DNA of 63,908 nt, filler included, from an uncultured Methanosarcinales archaeon (lineage in GTDB: Archaea > Nanobdellota > Nanobdellia > Woesearchaeales > JACPBV01), in NCBI GenBank assembly GCA_964492935.1. It is 3 parts of 3 records of this genome, joined end to end, with 100 filler letters (N's around TTAATTAATTAA, not from the genome) between each part and the next. Parts side by side here need not be neighbours in the genome. Positions count along the whole stretch, not along the records: positions 26,878 to 52,281 come from CAZBLF010000015.1; 2 more parts are not named here. The stretch is one strand, 5' to 3'. The first letter of the stretch is position 1, and each line of letters starts with the position of its first letter. The notes beneath the pieces are model-generated. The model had not been told where the DNA came from, ran no database searches, and saw only the letters and a program-made list of their open reading frames with translations. The translations under genes were made by a program, and so were the position numbers. Shown here piece by piece: positions 36,759-46,364 of this stretch.

Positions 36759-37765
36759 TTTCTGAAATTATTAATCAATTGAAAGAAAAAAAAGACCTTT
36801 CTTCAGAGCAAGCAGAACACACCATGAACGAGATCATGTCTGGCAACCTGTCAGACGACGAGATCATGCAATTTCTCGTAGCGCTGAAAGAAAAAGGAGA
36901 ATCAATCGAAGAGATAACTGCCTGTGCTCACGTCATGCGTCAAAAAGCAGAACACATACATCCTCAACCTCAACCACTTATCGATATCGTAGGTACGGGG
37001 GGCGACAAAACCAACACCTTCAACATTTCAACCGCGTCCGCCCTTGTGGTTGCCGGCTGCAACATCCCCGTAGCAAAACACGGCAACAAAGCAGTCTCCT
37101 CCAAAGCAGGAGCCGCAGATGTGCTCACCGCACTGGGCATTAACATCAATCTTGAACCCAAACAAGTAGAAGAATGTATCAACGAGCTGGGCATCGGATT
37201 CATGTTCGCTCCAAAATTCCATCCTGCGATGAAATATGCCATCGCAGCAAGAAAAAAACTAGCCACGAGAACCATTTTCAATATCCTTGGTCCATTAACC
37301 AACCCTGCATCAGCACCCTATGAATTAATGGGTGTTTTCGATGAAACGTTAGTAGAACCTCTAGCACATGTCCTCGAAAAACTAGGCTGTAAACAAGCAA
37401 TGGTCGTCCATGGTAGTGGAATGGATGAATTAACGCTGACCGGAACCTCCACCATTGCAGAACTTAGAGACGGAAAAGTAACCTGTTCAACCCTCTCACC
37501 AGAAGACGTAGGACTCCAAACAACTACTCTAGAACAATTGCAAGGAGCAGACGCGGAAGCAAACGCCGCAATCATCATGAATATCCTAGAAGGAAAAGAA
37601 ACAGGTCCCAAAAGAGACATTGTCTTACTCAATGCAGGTGCCGCAATCTATATCGCAGGAAAAGCAGAATCTATCAAAGAAGGAATCGAACAAGCAAAAA
37701 ATTCTATTAACTCCGGAAGCGCTCTCGAAAAGCTTAATAAGCTGAAAGCGTGGACCAATAACTAG
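36755..37765 (+). CDS. trpD: Anthranilate phosphoribosyltransferase
   Basis: DIVGTGGD..NTFNIST, KHGNKAVSS, FHPAMK, RTIFNILGPLTNP. Confidence 0.97.
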   Translation: MISEIINQLKEKKDLSSEQAEHTMNEIMSGNLSDDEIMQFLVALKEKGESIEEITACAHVMRQKAEHIHPQPQPLIDIVGTGGDKTNTFNISTASALVVAGCNIPVAKHGNKAVSSKAGAADVLTALGININLEPKQVEECINELGIGFMFAPKFHPAMKYAIAARKKLATRTIFNILGPLTNPASAPYELMGVFDETLVEPLAHVLEKLGCKQAMVVHGSGMDELTLTGTSTIAELRDGKVTCSTLSPEDVGLQTTTLEQLQGADAEANAAIIMNILEGKETGPKRDIVLLNAGAAIYIAGKAESIKEGIEQAKNSINSGSALEKLNKLKAWTNN

Positions 37766-37789
37766 TAAACACTCCACTAGCAAAAGAAA

Positions 37790-38542
37790 ATGATACTAGA
37801 CAGCATTGTAGAACAAAAGAAAAAAGAGATTGAACAGCGAAAGCAACAGTTTCCTATAGACACGCAGCTAGAAAAAAGCACTCGCAACTTCAAGAAAGCA
37901 ATCTCCCAACCCGGCGTCAACATCATCGCCGAAATAAAAAAGAAATCTCCCTCCGCTGGCGATATTAGAGAAAACTTCAACACAAAAGAGATCATCCAAA
38001 TCTACGACCAACACCAAACAGTCAAAGCAATCTCCGTCCTAACCGACAACACCTTTTTCGGAATGTCTCCAGATGCATTAAAAGAAGTCGCAAAGTACAC
38101 CAACAAACCCCTACTCAGAAAAGAGTTCATCATAGATGAATATCAAATTCGAGAGAGCCGCTACTATGGTGCAGACGCCATCCTATTAATCGCATCCCTT
38201 CTCCAGAAATCAAAACTCAATCGATTCATTAAGAAGGCGAAAGAATTAGGAATGGATGCACTGGTAGAGGTCCACACCAAGAAAGAACTCGATCAAGTAT
38301 TGCAAACAGATGCAGAAATCATCGGAATCAATAATAGAAACCTAGATACGCTCAATGTAAATCTAGAAACAGCAAATAAATTGGCCGTGCACATCCCACC
38401 TCAAAAAACCATTGTAGCAGAATCCGGCTACAACACTGCTGAAGACCTCAAGAAAGCGCGATCAGATGCCTTCCTCATCGGCACCTCACTCTTACAATCT
38501 AAAGATATCAAGAAAAAACTAGACGAGTTAACAAATGACTAA
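37790..38542 (+). CDS. trpC: Indole-3-glycerol phosphate synthase
   Basis: IIAEIKKKSPS, ISVLTD, LRKEFIID, LVEVH, IGINNRNL, VAESG. Confidence 0.96.
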   Translation: MILDSIVEQKKKEIEQRKQQFPIDTQLEKSTRNFKKAISQPGVNIIAEIKKKSPSAGDIRENFNTKEIIQIYDQHQTVKAISVLTDNTFFGMSPDALKEVAKYTNKPLLRKEFIIDEYQIRESRYYGADAILLIASLLQKSKLNRFIKKAKELGMDALVEVHTKKELDQVLQTDAEIIGINNRNLDTLNVNLETANKLAVHIPPQKTIVAESGYNTAEDLKKARSDAFLIGTSLLQSKDIKKKLDELTND

Positions 38543-39179
38543 AGTAAAAATCTGTGGAATTGCAAATTCGGATGACGCCTTACAAGCAGCCGTTCTCGGA
38601 GCAGAGTATCTAGGCTTCCTGGTAGAAATTGACTTTTCTGAAGATAGCATTACACGACAAGAAGCAGAACAACTCATAAAAAAACTACCATTGGAGGTGC
38701 AACCTGTGCTAGTTACGTATCTTCAACAATCAACGCCTATCATCCATCTCGCAGACCACATCAAACCAGCCATTGTCCAACTCCATAACGATATCTCCCT
38801 AGAAGAGATCGGAAAAATAAGATCGGCACTACCAAAAATAAAACTGACCAAGACTATCTCCGTTACCAATGCAAGCTCTCTAGAAAAAGCAAAAGAATTC
38901 GAGAAACATGTAGATTTCATTCTGTTAGACACTAAAATAGGCGAAAGAAAAGGCGGCACAGGAAAAACCCATGATTGGTCTCTCAGTGCCGAAATCGTAA
39001 AAGCACTGTCAATACCCGTCTTCCTCGCAGGAGGCCTAAATCCACAAAATGTAGCGGAAGCTATAAAAACAGTACATCCGTACGCCGTAGATGTAAATAG
39101 TGGTGTTAAAGCCACGGCAAAACGAAAGGACCATAAAAAAATGGAACAATTCATAAGAGGTGCGAAACATGGAAATTAA
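38535..39179 (+). CDS. trpF: Phosphoribosylanthranilate isomerase
   Basis: VKICGI, VQLH, GGTGKTHDW, LAGGLNPQNV, VDVNSGV. Confidence 0.96.
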   Translation: MTKVKICGIANSDDALQAAVLGAEYLGFLVEIDFSEDSITRQEAEQLIKKLPLEVQPVLVTYLQQSTPIIHLADHIKPAIVQLHNDISLEEIGKIRSALPKIKLTKTISVTNASSLEKAKEFEKHVDFILLDTKIGERKGGTGKTHDWSLSAEIVKALSIPVFLAGGLNPQNVAEAIKTVHPYAVDVNSGVKATAKRKDHKKMEQFIRGAKHGN

Positions 39180-39489
39180 AAAATTATCATCGCTACTGGT
39201 GACCTTAATTATTCTGAATAATGTAATATCACTCATTCCACTACCGAGCATCATCGACACACTAGCAATCATCGGAGCAACCGTGCTATTAATGATCGGA
39301 ATCTCAAAAGGAGGAACCATTGGAAAAGCATATCTGGTAACCTGCTTCCTTGTCGGAATCTATGCACTTATTGCAATCCTCTCCTTTGTCGGAGTTTCAC
39401 TACCGTTTGCAGGCTTCCTCTTTCTCGCCTATCGGTGGGTCATGATTGCGGCTCTAGGATTACTGATCTTTCAAGTTTTTAGCGACTAA
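39169..39489 (+). CDS. Small 4-TM membrane protein inside the trp operon
   Basis: Highly hydrophobic ORF of about 106 aa; GAGGTG RBS; overlaps trpF and trpB (TAATG). Confidence 0.7.
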   Translation: MEIKKLSSLLVTLIILNNVISLIPLPSIIDTLAIIGATVLLMIGISKGGTIGKAYLVTCFLVGIYALIAILSFVGVSLPFAGFLFLAYRWVMIAALGLLIFQVFSD

Positions 39490-40673
39490 TGAAAAAAGGG
39501 TACTTTGGAGAATTTGGCGGCATCTATATGCCTGAAACGTTAATACCTGCGGTGCAACAACTCGAACAGGTCTTTATCTCCGCACAGCAGGATGGCAACT
39601 TCAAAAACGAGTTCGAACGCATCCTAAAAGAATTCGTCGGACGTCCCACCCCCATCACTTTCTGTAAAAATCTATCGGAACAGCTCGGCTGCAAACTCTA
39701 TCTCAAACGAGAAGATCTCGCGCATACGGGCGCCCACAAGATCAACAATGCGATTGGTCAAGCCCTGTTAGCAAAAAGAATGGGCAAAAAAAGAATCATC
39801 GCCGAAACCGGAGCAGGCCAACATGGTGTCGCAACCGCAACCGCAGCTGCTTTTCTCGGACTCGACTGCACCATCTACATGGGAACAATTGACATCGAAC
39901 GCCAAAAACCGAATGTCTTCAGAATGAAATTACTCGGAGCAAAAATACAACCCGTAGATTCCGGTTCTAAAACATTAAAAGATGCCATTAATGAAGCACT
40001 GCGTGATTGGGCCGGATCAGTAGAAACAACACATTATCTTTTAGGATCAGCACTCGGACCGCACCCCTATCCCGAAATGGTGGCCTACTTCCAAACCGTC
40101 ATCGGAAAGGAAGCAAAAAAACAAATCCTCAATCTAGAAGGAGCACTTCCAGACGCCGTCATCGCGTGTGTAGGTGGCGGCTCAAATGCAATCGGTATCT
40201 TCAAAGGCTTCATTCAGGATAAAAATGTGAGATTAATAGGAGTAGAAGCCGGCGGTCGCGGCATCAAACGCCATCATCACGCCGCACGCTTCGCCGATCC
40301 CGAAGCAGGACGCATCGGAATCATTCATGGAACAAAAACCTACGTCCTACAAGATGAAGATGGCCAGATCGACAATACCCATTCCGTTTCCGCAGGACTC
40401 GACTATTCGGCAGTCGGACCAGAACACGCTCATCTGAGAAAGATAAAACGCGCAGAATACGATTTCGCCACCGATACCGACTGCCTGAAAGGATTCCAAG
40501 AACTCTCCAAGAAAGAAGGCATCATCCCAGCCCTAGAATCATCACATGCCGTTGGCTATCTCCTAAAACACCACGCCGAATTCAAAGATCAGGTAGTTCT
40601 GATCAATCTCTCCGGTCGCGGCGATAAAGATCTGAACATAGCATCAAAAGCACTCGGAATAAAAATAGAATGA
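39489..40673 (+). CDS. trpB: Tryptophan synthase beta chain (TrpB1)
   Basis: [55 protein letters not shown]. Confidence 0.98.
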   Translation: MKKGYFGEFGGIYMPETLIPAVQQLEQVFISAQQDGNFKNEFERILKEFVGRPTPITFCKNLSEQLGCKLYLKREDLAHTGAHKINNAIGQALLAKRMGKKRIIAETGAGQHGVATATAAAFLGLDCTIYMGTIDIERQKPNVFRMKLLGAKIQPVDSGSKTLKDAINEALRDWAGSVETTHYLLGSALGPHPYPEMVAYFQTVIGKEAKKQILNLEGALPDAVIACVGGGSNAIGIFKGFIQDKNVRLIGVEAGGRGIKRHHHAARFADPEAGRIGIIHGTKTYVLQDEDGQIDNTHSVSAGLDYSAVGPEHAHLRKIKRAEYDFATDTDCLKGFQELSKKEGIIPALESSHAVGYLLKHHAEFKDQVVLINLSGRGDKDLNIASKALGIKIE

Positions 40674-41473
40674 ACCCACTACTAACCAAATTCAAAGCAC
40701 TTGAAGACAATGTAGAGCGAGCTCTCATCCCGTTCCTCGTTATTGGAGATCCAGACTACAAAACAAGTTTAGACCTCCTAAAAGCAGTAGCCAAAGAGGC
40801 AGACATGCTAGAATTAGGATTCGCCTTCTCCGACCCCATCGCAGACGGAAAAACAGTGCAACAAGCAGATCAACGAGCACTCAAAGCAGGCATGACGACA
40901 GAAAAGAATTTCGAATTAATCAAAGAGCTCAGAAAAGAAACCGATATTCCCATCAATCTCCTAGTCTACGCAAACCTCATCTACCAACAAGGTATTGGAA
41001 AATTCTTTCGTCTAGCACAACAAGCGAAAGTAGATTCTGTCCTGATAGCAGACGTCCCGCCAGAAGAATCCAATGAATTCGAAATCAGAGCAAGAAAACA
41101 CAAAATCCAGCTCATCTTCATGGTAAGCCCGTTAACAAACAAAGAACGCCTGCAAAAAATAGAAAACAAAACAACCGGCTTCATCTATTATGTAGCCAGA
41201 TTAGGAGTGACCGGTGCACAAGAAGATCTCAAGGCACGTAGTCTCAAACATCTTAAAGAAATCAAACCCATCATTCGAAAGCCTATCTGCGTAGGATTCG
41301 GCATCTCAAATAAAGACCATGTTCGAGCAGTAGTAGAAGCAGGAGCCGATGGAGTAATCGTAGGATCTGCCCTTATCAAGATTATAGAACAAAACCTTAA
41401 TAAGAAGGAAGAGCTGATACAACAATCAGTAGCCTTCGTAAAAGAGCTAAAGGAAGCAACACGGTATGTCTAA
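40670..41473 (+). CDS. trpA: Tryptophan synthase alpha chain
   Basis: [47 protein letters not shown]. Confidence 0.97.
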   Translation: MNPLLTKFKALEDNVERALIPFLVIGDPDYKTSLDLLKAVAKEADMLELGFAFSDPIADGKTVQQADQRALKAGMTTEKNFELIKELRKETDIPINLLVYANLIYQQGIGKFFRLAQQAKVDSVLIADVPPEESNEFEIRARKHKIQLIFMVSPLTNKERLQKIENKTTGFIYYVARLGVTGAQEDLKARSLKHLKEIKPIIRKPICVGFGISNKDHVRAVVEAGADGVIVGSALIKIIEQNLNKKEELIQQSVAFVKELKEATRYV

Positions 41474-42584
41474 AGCAAAAGTAACTCCCTGGGAAGTGAA
41501 AGGTGTAGTAGATTACGAAAGACTCATCAAAGAATTCGGCACCAGCCATCTTACCGATTCACTCACAAAAAAGATAGAGAAACAAGCAAAAAAATCACAC
41601 CATATGCTCAGAAGAAAAATCTTCTTCTCCCATCGAGATCTTGAAATATTCCTAAAAGAACACGAAGAAGGCAAGAGCGTAGCACTCTACACGGGTCGCG
41701 GCCCTTCCGGAGAAACACACTTAGGACACATCGTACCGTGGATCTTCACAAAGTATTTGCAAGACGCACTAGACATTCCACTCTATTTCCAGATAACAGA
41801 TGATGAGAAATTTCTGTGCAAAGATCTCACTCTAGAAGAAACAAACAAGCTAGCATATGAAAATGCATTAGATGTTATCGCCATGGGCTTCGACCCTAAA
41901 AAAACATTCATCTTCGTAGATACCGATTACGGAAAGACCATGTACAAGCTAGCAGTTAAAGTCTCAAAAAAAATAACGGCTTCTTCTGCACAAGCAGTCT
42001 TCGGATTCAACAACACCACAAACATCGGAATGTACTTCTGGCCCGCCATGCAAGCTGCTACATGCTTCCTACCCACTGAACATCAGAAAAAACCAACCAG
42101 AACCTTAATACCTGCAGCCATCGACCAAGATCCCTATTGGAGAATAGCCAGAGATGTAGCTCCTAAATTAGGCTACCCCAAAACGGCAGCCATTCACTGC
42201 ACCTTCCTCCCCTCACTGCTAGGACCGGAAGGCAAAATGTCAACCTCAGAAGGCACCCACGCTACCATCTTCACCACCGACACTCCCGATGAAGTTAAAA
42301 AGAAAATCAACAAGTACGCCTTTTCAGGAGGACAAGACACGCTAGAAGAACATCGAAAGAAAGGGGGCAATCCCAATATCGATGCAGCCTACCAATGGTT
42401 AACCTTTTTTGAGGAAGACGACAAAAAATTGAAGAAAATCTACAACGATTACAAGTCTGGAAAATTACTCAGCGGAGAGCTAAAAGCAATCCTCATCGAG
42501 AAAGTAAATGCGTTCCTAAAAATTCACCAAGCAAAACGAGAGAAAGCACGCAAACAACTAAACAAATTTATTCTTAAGGATTAA
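41466..42584 (+). CDS. trpS: Tryptophan--tRNA ligase, archaeal type
   Basis: VTPWEV, YTGRGPS, HLGH, QITDDEKF, AIDQDPY, KMSTS, AFSGG. Confidence 0.97.
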   Translation: MSKAKVTPWEVKGVVDYERLIKEFGTSHLTDSLTKKIEKQAKKSHHMLRRKIFFSHRDLEIFLKEHEEGKSVALYTGRGPSGETHLGHIVPWIFTKYLQDALDIPLYFQITDDEKFLCKDLTLEETNKLAYENALDVIAMGFDPKKTFIFVDTDYGKTMYKLAVKVSKKITASSAQAVFGFNNTTNIGMYFWPAMQAATCFLPTEHQKKPTRTLIPAAIDQDPYWRIARDVAPKLGYPKTAAIHCTFLPSLLGPEGKMSTSEGTHATIFTTDTPDEVKKKINKYAFSGGQDTLEEHRKKGGNPNIDAAYQWLTFFEEDDKKLKKIYNDYKSGKLLSGELKAILIEKVNAFLKIHQAKREKARKQLNKFILKD

Positions 42585-42650
42585 CTAAATCCAAACCTTT
42601 ATATAAACTCAAAACAAGAATTCTAACGGGGATTTAGTAATGCAGAAAAA

Positions 42651-43931
42651 ATGGCATACTTCAGCGATCTACAAAAAAAGCCAGTTTTGGATAAGTCAGA
42701 AAACAAAATTGGCAGATTTCAAGACGTCGTCTTCATAGACGGAGAAGAGTTTGCCGAAATCACCCACTTAATCTACAAATCTGATGATGGCTATCTAAAA
42801 AAAATCCCATGGGATCTAGTCGAAGAACTCAAAGAAGAGAAAGCAGGTAGAAAACTACAGATAGACATCATCATCGATCGTGACGATGAAGAAATAAATC
42901 CTGCCTTTGTGAGAGGAAATGAACTCACATTAGGAGACGTTCTTGACAAACAATTAGTAGATGTTGATGGTGTAAAAGTAGTTCGTGTCAATGATATCAT
43001 TCTAGGAAAAGTAGAAGGAAAATTCTGTGTAGTCGCCGTTGCCGTAGGAATGCGGAGCATGGTGCGCCGTCTAGGATTCCCCAAACTTGCAAAAATGTTC
43101 ACCAAAGAATCATCCGACTACGCCATCAAGTGGGATAAAGTAGAGACGTTAGGCAACCATCATCACGATATTCACGTTAAGATTCAAAAGAAACAAATCT
43201 CCGATCTCCACTCCGAAGACATTGCAGATATTATGGAAGATTTGGATAACAAAGAACGAGCCCTCATCTTCAAAACATTAGATCATAAAAAAGCAGTACG
43301 TACCTTAATTGATGCCGAACCCCATGTCCAAGAATCATTCTTCAAATCGTTAAGACTCAAGAGCATAGCAGAAATCATAGAAAACATTCCTGCCTCACAC
43401 GCAGCAGATCTACTGGGAGAAATGCAAAAATCAAAAGTAAAGAAAATTCTCTCCTATATCGACAAAGAACACGGAGCAACCATCAGAGAAATTCTGCATT
43501 ATCCTGAAGCGACGGCCGGAGCAATTATGCATACCAATATCATTACCGTTCCTCAAACCTACACGGCCCAACAAACCATCGCACTGCTGAGAAAAAAGAA
43601 ACCGCCCACAAATAGAACCTTCCATCTCTATGTAACTAATCGAAAGAAACGACTCCTTGGAGTAATTCCTCTACGTTCACTTATTACTGCTTCTTCAAGA
43701 AAGAAAGTAGACAAAATTATGCAGAAAGACATCATTAAAGTAAATCTGCATACGACAAAAGAGGAGATAGCAAAAGTCATAGCACGATATGATCTATTCA
43801 CCGTGCCGGTTGTTGATGATGATGACGTCATCCAGGGAGTGGTAACAGCTGATGAAGTGTTAACTGAAATCATGCCAGAATCCTGGAAACGTAGCAGATT
43901 ACGACCGCTTTTGCTCAACAACGATGAGTAA
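42651..43931 (+). CDS. Soluble PRC-barrel + MgtE N-domain + CBS pair protein (no TM domain)
   Basis: VLDKQLVDVDG.KVVRVND, LHSEDIADI, YPEATAGAIM, two CBS repeats. Confidence 0.88.
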   Translation: MAYFSDLQKKPVLDKSENKIGRFQDVVFIDGEEFAEITHLIYKSDDGYLKKIPWDLVEELKEEKAGRKLQIDIIIDRDDEEINPAFVRGNELTLGDVLDKQLVDVDGVKVVRVNDIILGKVEGKFCVVAVAVGMRSMVRRLGFPKLAKMFTKESSDYAIKWDKVETLGNHHHDIHVKIQKKQISDLHSEDIADIMEDLDNKERALIFKTLDHKKAVRTLIDAEPHVQESFFKSLRLKSIAEIIENIPASHAADLLGEMQKSKVKKILSYIDKEHGATIREILHYPEATAGAIMHTNIITVPQTYTAQQTIALLRKKKPPTNRTFHLYVTNRKKRLLGVIPLRSLITASSRKKVDKIMQKDIIKVNLHTTKEEIAKVIARYDLFTVPVVDDDDVIQGVVTADEVLTEIMPESWKRSRLRPLLLNNDE

Positions 43932-45180
43932 TATCAAGAAAGCAGTTAAATCTCGCTGGAAGTTCTCTCTCATTTTGCTTGCGGTTGTCGGTCCGGGATT
44001 AATCACCTCGATCGTAGACAACGATGCAGGCGGTATCACTACCTATTCTATTGCCGGAGCTCATTTCGGCTACACCATGTTGTGGTCCCTTATCCCTGTA
44101 ACCTTTGTATTAATCATCATCCAAGAAATGATAGCGCGTATGGGCGTCGTTACCGGGAAAGGGTTGTCCGATCTTATTAGAGAAAAATTTGGCTTGCGAG
44201 TGACCTTTGTGCTGATGCTGCTCGTTTTCATTGCCAATCTCTCAATTATAGTATCAAACTTCGCAGGAATGGCTGCTGCCTCCGGTTTGTTCGACCTCAG
44301 CAAGTATCTGGTGGTACCGCTCATTGCGTTGGCCATCTGGACGGCCATCATCAAACTCAACTACAAGGCAATAGAAAAAGTCTTTCTCTTATTGTGTCTC
44401 TTCTACATCGCATATATCTTCTCAGGATTCTTTGCTCAACCCGATTGGTCGTTAGCAACAAAAGAACTCTTCACCCCTCACTTTTCGTGGGATATGAGTT
44501 ATATTGTCATTCTTATTGGAATCATCGGAACCACCATCACCCCCTGGATGCAATTCTATCTTCAATCGACCATCGTCGAAAAAGGAGTTCAAATTAAAGA
44601 CTACAAATACACAAGAACAGAAGTCATCGTAGGATCTATTATAACAGATATCGTAGCATTCTTCATCATCGTTGCGTGTGCAGCAACCCTATTCAAAAGC
44701 GGAATCCAAATAGAAACCGCTGCAGATGCCGCTCGTGCCCTCGTACCGTTTGCCGGAGCCTATGCAGGAATGCTGTTTGGAGTGGGCCTTTTTGCAGCCT
44801 CCCTGGCAGCAGCATTTATCATTCCACTAGCAACCTCTTTTCAAATCTGCGAAGGTATGGGTTGGGAATCATCACTTAATAGAAAATTCAAAGAGGCGCC
44901 TCAATTCTATGGAATCCTTGCATTCCTGATCATTGTGGGTGCGGGCGTCACACTCATCCCCCGTGTTCCGCTACTTAAGGTCATCATCACCTCGCAAGTG
45001 ATTAATGGTATTGCATTACCCTTTCTTTTAATCTACATCCTCAAACTCATTAACGATAAGAAACTGATGGGGGACCACGTAAATTCCCGTTTCTACAACG
45101 TAGTCTGCTATTCCACCGTTATCGGCGTCATCGCCCTTTCTGGAATAATGTTTGCCGCTCCATTCTTTGGAATGGCATAA
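43924..45180 (+). CDS. Nramp-related divalent cation (probably Mg2+) transporter
   Basis: GPGLI..VDNDAGGITTYS, QEM.ARMG.VTG.GL, IGTTITPWMQF; DAGG/TITPW variant instead of DPGN/MPH. Confidence 0.9.
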   Translation: MSNIKKAVKSRWKFSLILLAVVGPGLITSIVDNDAGGITTYSIAGAHFGYTMLWSLIPVTFVLIIIQEMIARMGVVTGKGLSDLIREKFGLRVTFVLMLLVFIANLSIIVSNFAGMAAASGLFDLSKYLVVPLIALAIWTAIIKLNYKAIEKVFLLLCLFYIAYIFSGFFAQPDWSLATKELFTPHFSWDMSYIVILIGIIGTTITPWMQFYLQSTIVEKGVQIKDYKYTRTEVIVGSIITDIVAFFIIVACAATLFKSGIQIETAADAARALVPFAGAYAGMLFGVGLFAASLAAAFIIPLATSFQICEGMGWESSLNRKFKEAPQFYGILAFLIIVGAGVTLIPRVPLLKVIITSQVINGIALPFLLIYILKLINDKKLMGDHVNSRFYNVVCYSTVIGVIALSGIMFAAPFFGMA

Positions 45181-45186
45181 GAAAAA

Positions 45187-45273
45187 AGCCCCCGGGGAGA
45201 GTTGCACTCCCGACCTGCGCTTTGCTCGATTGCGATTACGAGAGCGCCGCTATAGCTACTAAGCCACGGAGGC
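45187..45273 (-). tRNA. tRNA-Thr(CGU) with 14-nt intron (45223-45236)
   Basis: GCCTCCG acceptor, GCGCT-CT-CGT-A|ATCGCAATCGAGCA|A-AGCGC, CTCG/CGAG central helix (BHL-type). Confidence 0.92.
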
Positions 45274-45369
45274 AGGGTAAGGTGTTTGCTCGTGCTATTG
45301 CTTCACAATAGCACTTAGCCTCTTTGGGTCCTAGCCTTTGTAAAGGCTAGCTACCTAAGCCACGGAGGC
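45274..45369 (-). repeat. Duplicated 5' end of tRNA-Thr(CGU) fused to the 35-nt hairpin element (copy B) plus a second hairpin
   Basis: 45348-45369 repeats 45253-45273; 45319-45353 is identical to 9324-9358; GTGCTATTG-CTTCA-CAATAGCAC at 45292-45314. Confidence 0.9.
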
Positions 45370-45427
45370 ACAAGCATTCTCACACGAAATCAGCAACATT
45401 TATAAATCTTGACACCAAGATGAGCAT

Positions 45428-46270
45428 ATGCCAAAGAGAGGTGGTAGTAAAGAAGAACTAACAGTTGGAAAACTAGCATTCTATAATCTCTTATTCATAG
45501 CACCCATTGCATTCTCCTACTTTATCGCCACATATCTAGCACGATTTATTGCACCTAACCTGCAAGCATCACCCCAGGTCATTACCACCATCCTCATGAT
45601 CCCGTTTACCTACCTTGTCTTTTTCTTTGTAGTACCCTACATCAATGCAAGAGAAAATGTTAAAGGTGTACGACATGCACTGGTAGCATTTCTGATTCTG
45701 GGCATCTTCACCGCACTCCCTGCAATCCTCGTTCGAGGAGATTTCTCCATCCTACTTACCCAACTCCTTCATATCGCATCCTATATTGTCGTAACATTCA
45801 TCATCTGCCCAGAAGTACTCGGAATTGATATCGATCTTCAGCATTGGTTTAAGCGCCATCGACAACTCTTCATTCTTCTCATCTACGCCTCCATCCTCAT
45901 TTTCTATATCCTCGGTTTCGCCCAGCTCTATCACAGCATCTACCTCAACCAAGATACCGCGTTCTCCTTTTCACAAGAAGGCACCCCTACCTATGGAACC
46001 TTCGTCTATTACTCCATTGTCACGTTTACGAGCGTAGGCTACGGCGATATCACTCCAGCAACCTCATCGGCCAGACTTGCATTTGGCATTGAAGCTCTAC
46101 TAAGCGCAATCATCAACATCGTCTTCATCGCCATCCTCTTAGTCTACATTTCTAACTCCCAAGCCTTCCTGAGACATAATGCCGATGAAAAGATTATGAA
46201 AGAAGAAAAGAAGATTGAGCGGAAAGAAGAAAAAATTCTCAGAAACCAAAGACGCACAAAAAAGAAATAG
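45428..46270 (+). CDS. Potassium channel family protein with extra N-terminal TMs
   Basis: Pore signature YYSIVTFTSVGYGDITP. Confidence 0.88.
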   Translation: MPKRGGSKEELTVGKLAFYNLLFIAPIAFSYFIATYLARFIAPNLQASPQVITTILMIPFTYLVFFFVVPYINARENVKGVRHALVAFLILGIFTALPAILVRGDFSILLTQLLHIASYIVVTFIICPEVLGIDIDLQHWFKRHRQLFILLIYASILIFYILGFAQLYHSIYLNQDTAFSFSQEGTPTYGTFVYYSIVTFTSVGYGDITPATSSARLAFGIEALLSAIINIVFIAILLVYISNSQAFLRHNADEKIMKEEKKIERKEEKILRNQRRTKKK

Positions 46271-46364
46271 CTCAGACCGAGGCCTTCAGTATGAGGGATT
46301 AAAATCTCTAGTGAGATTTCAATAACCAACACATTTATTAACAGATTTCTAACTCATAAGCACC

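Noticed and set aside
42584..42638. 9-bp inverted repeat ACTAAATCC/GGATTTAGT flanking the promoter of the MgtE-N gene
   Set aside because: Single short AT-rich instance with a long spacer; cannot be distinguished from chance, and there is no room for a riboswitch
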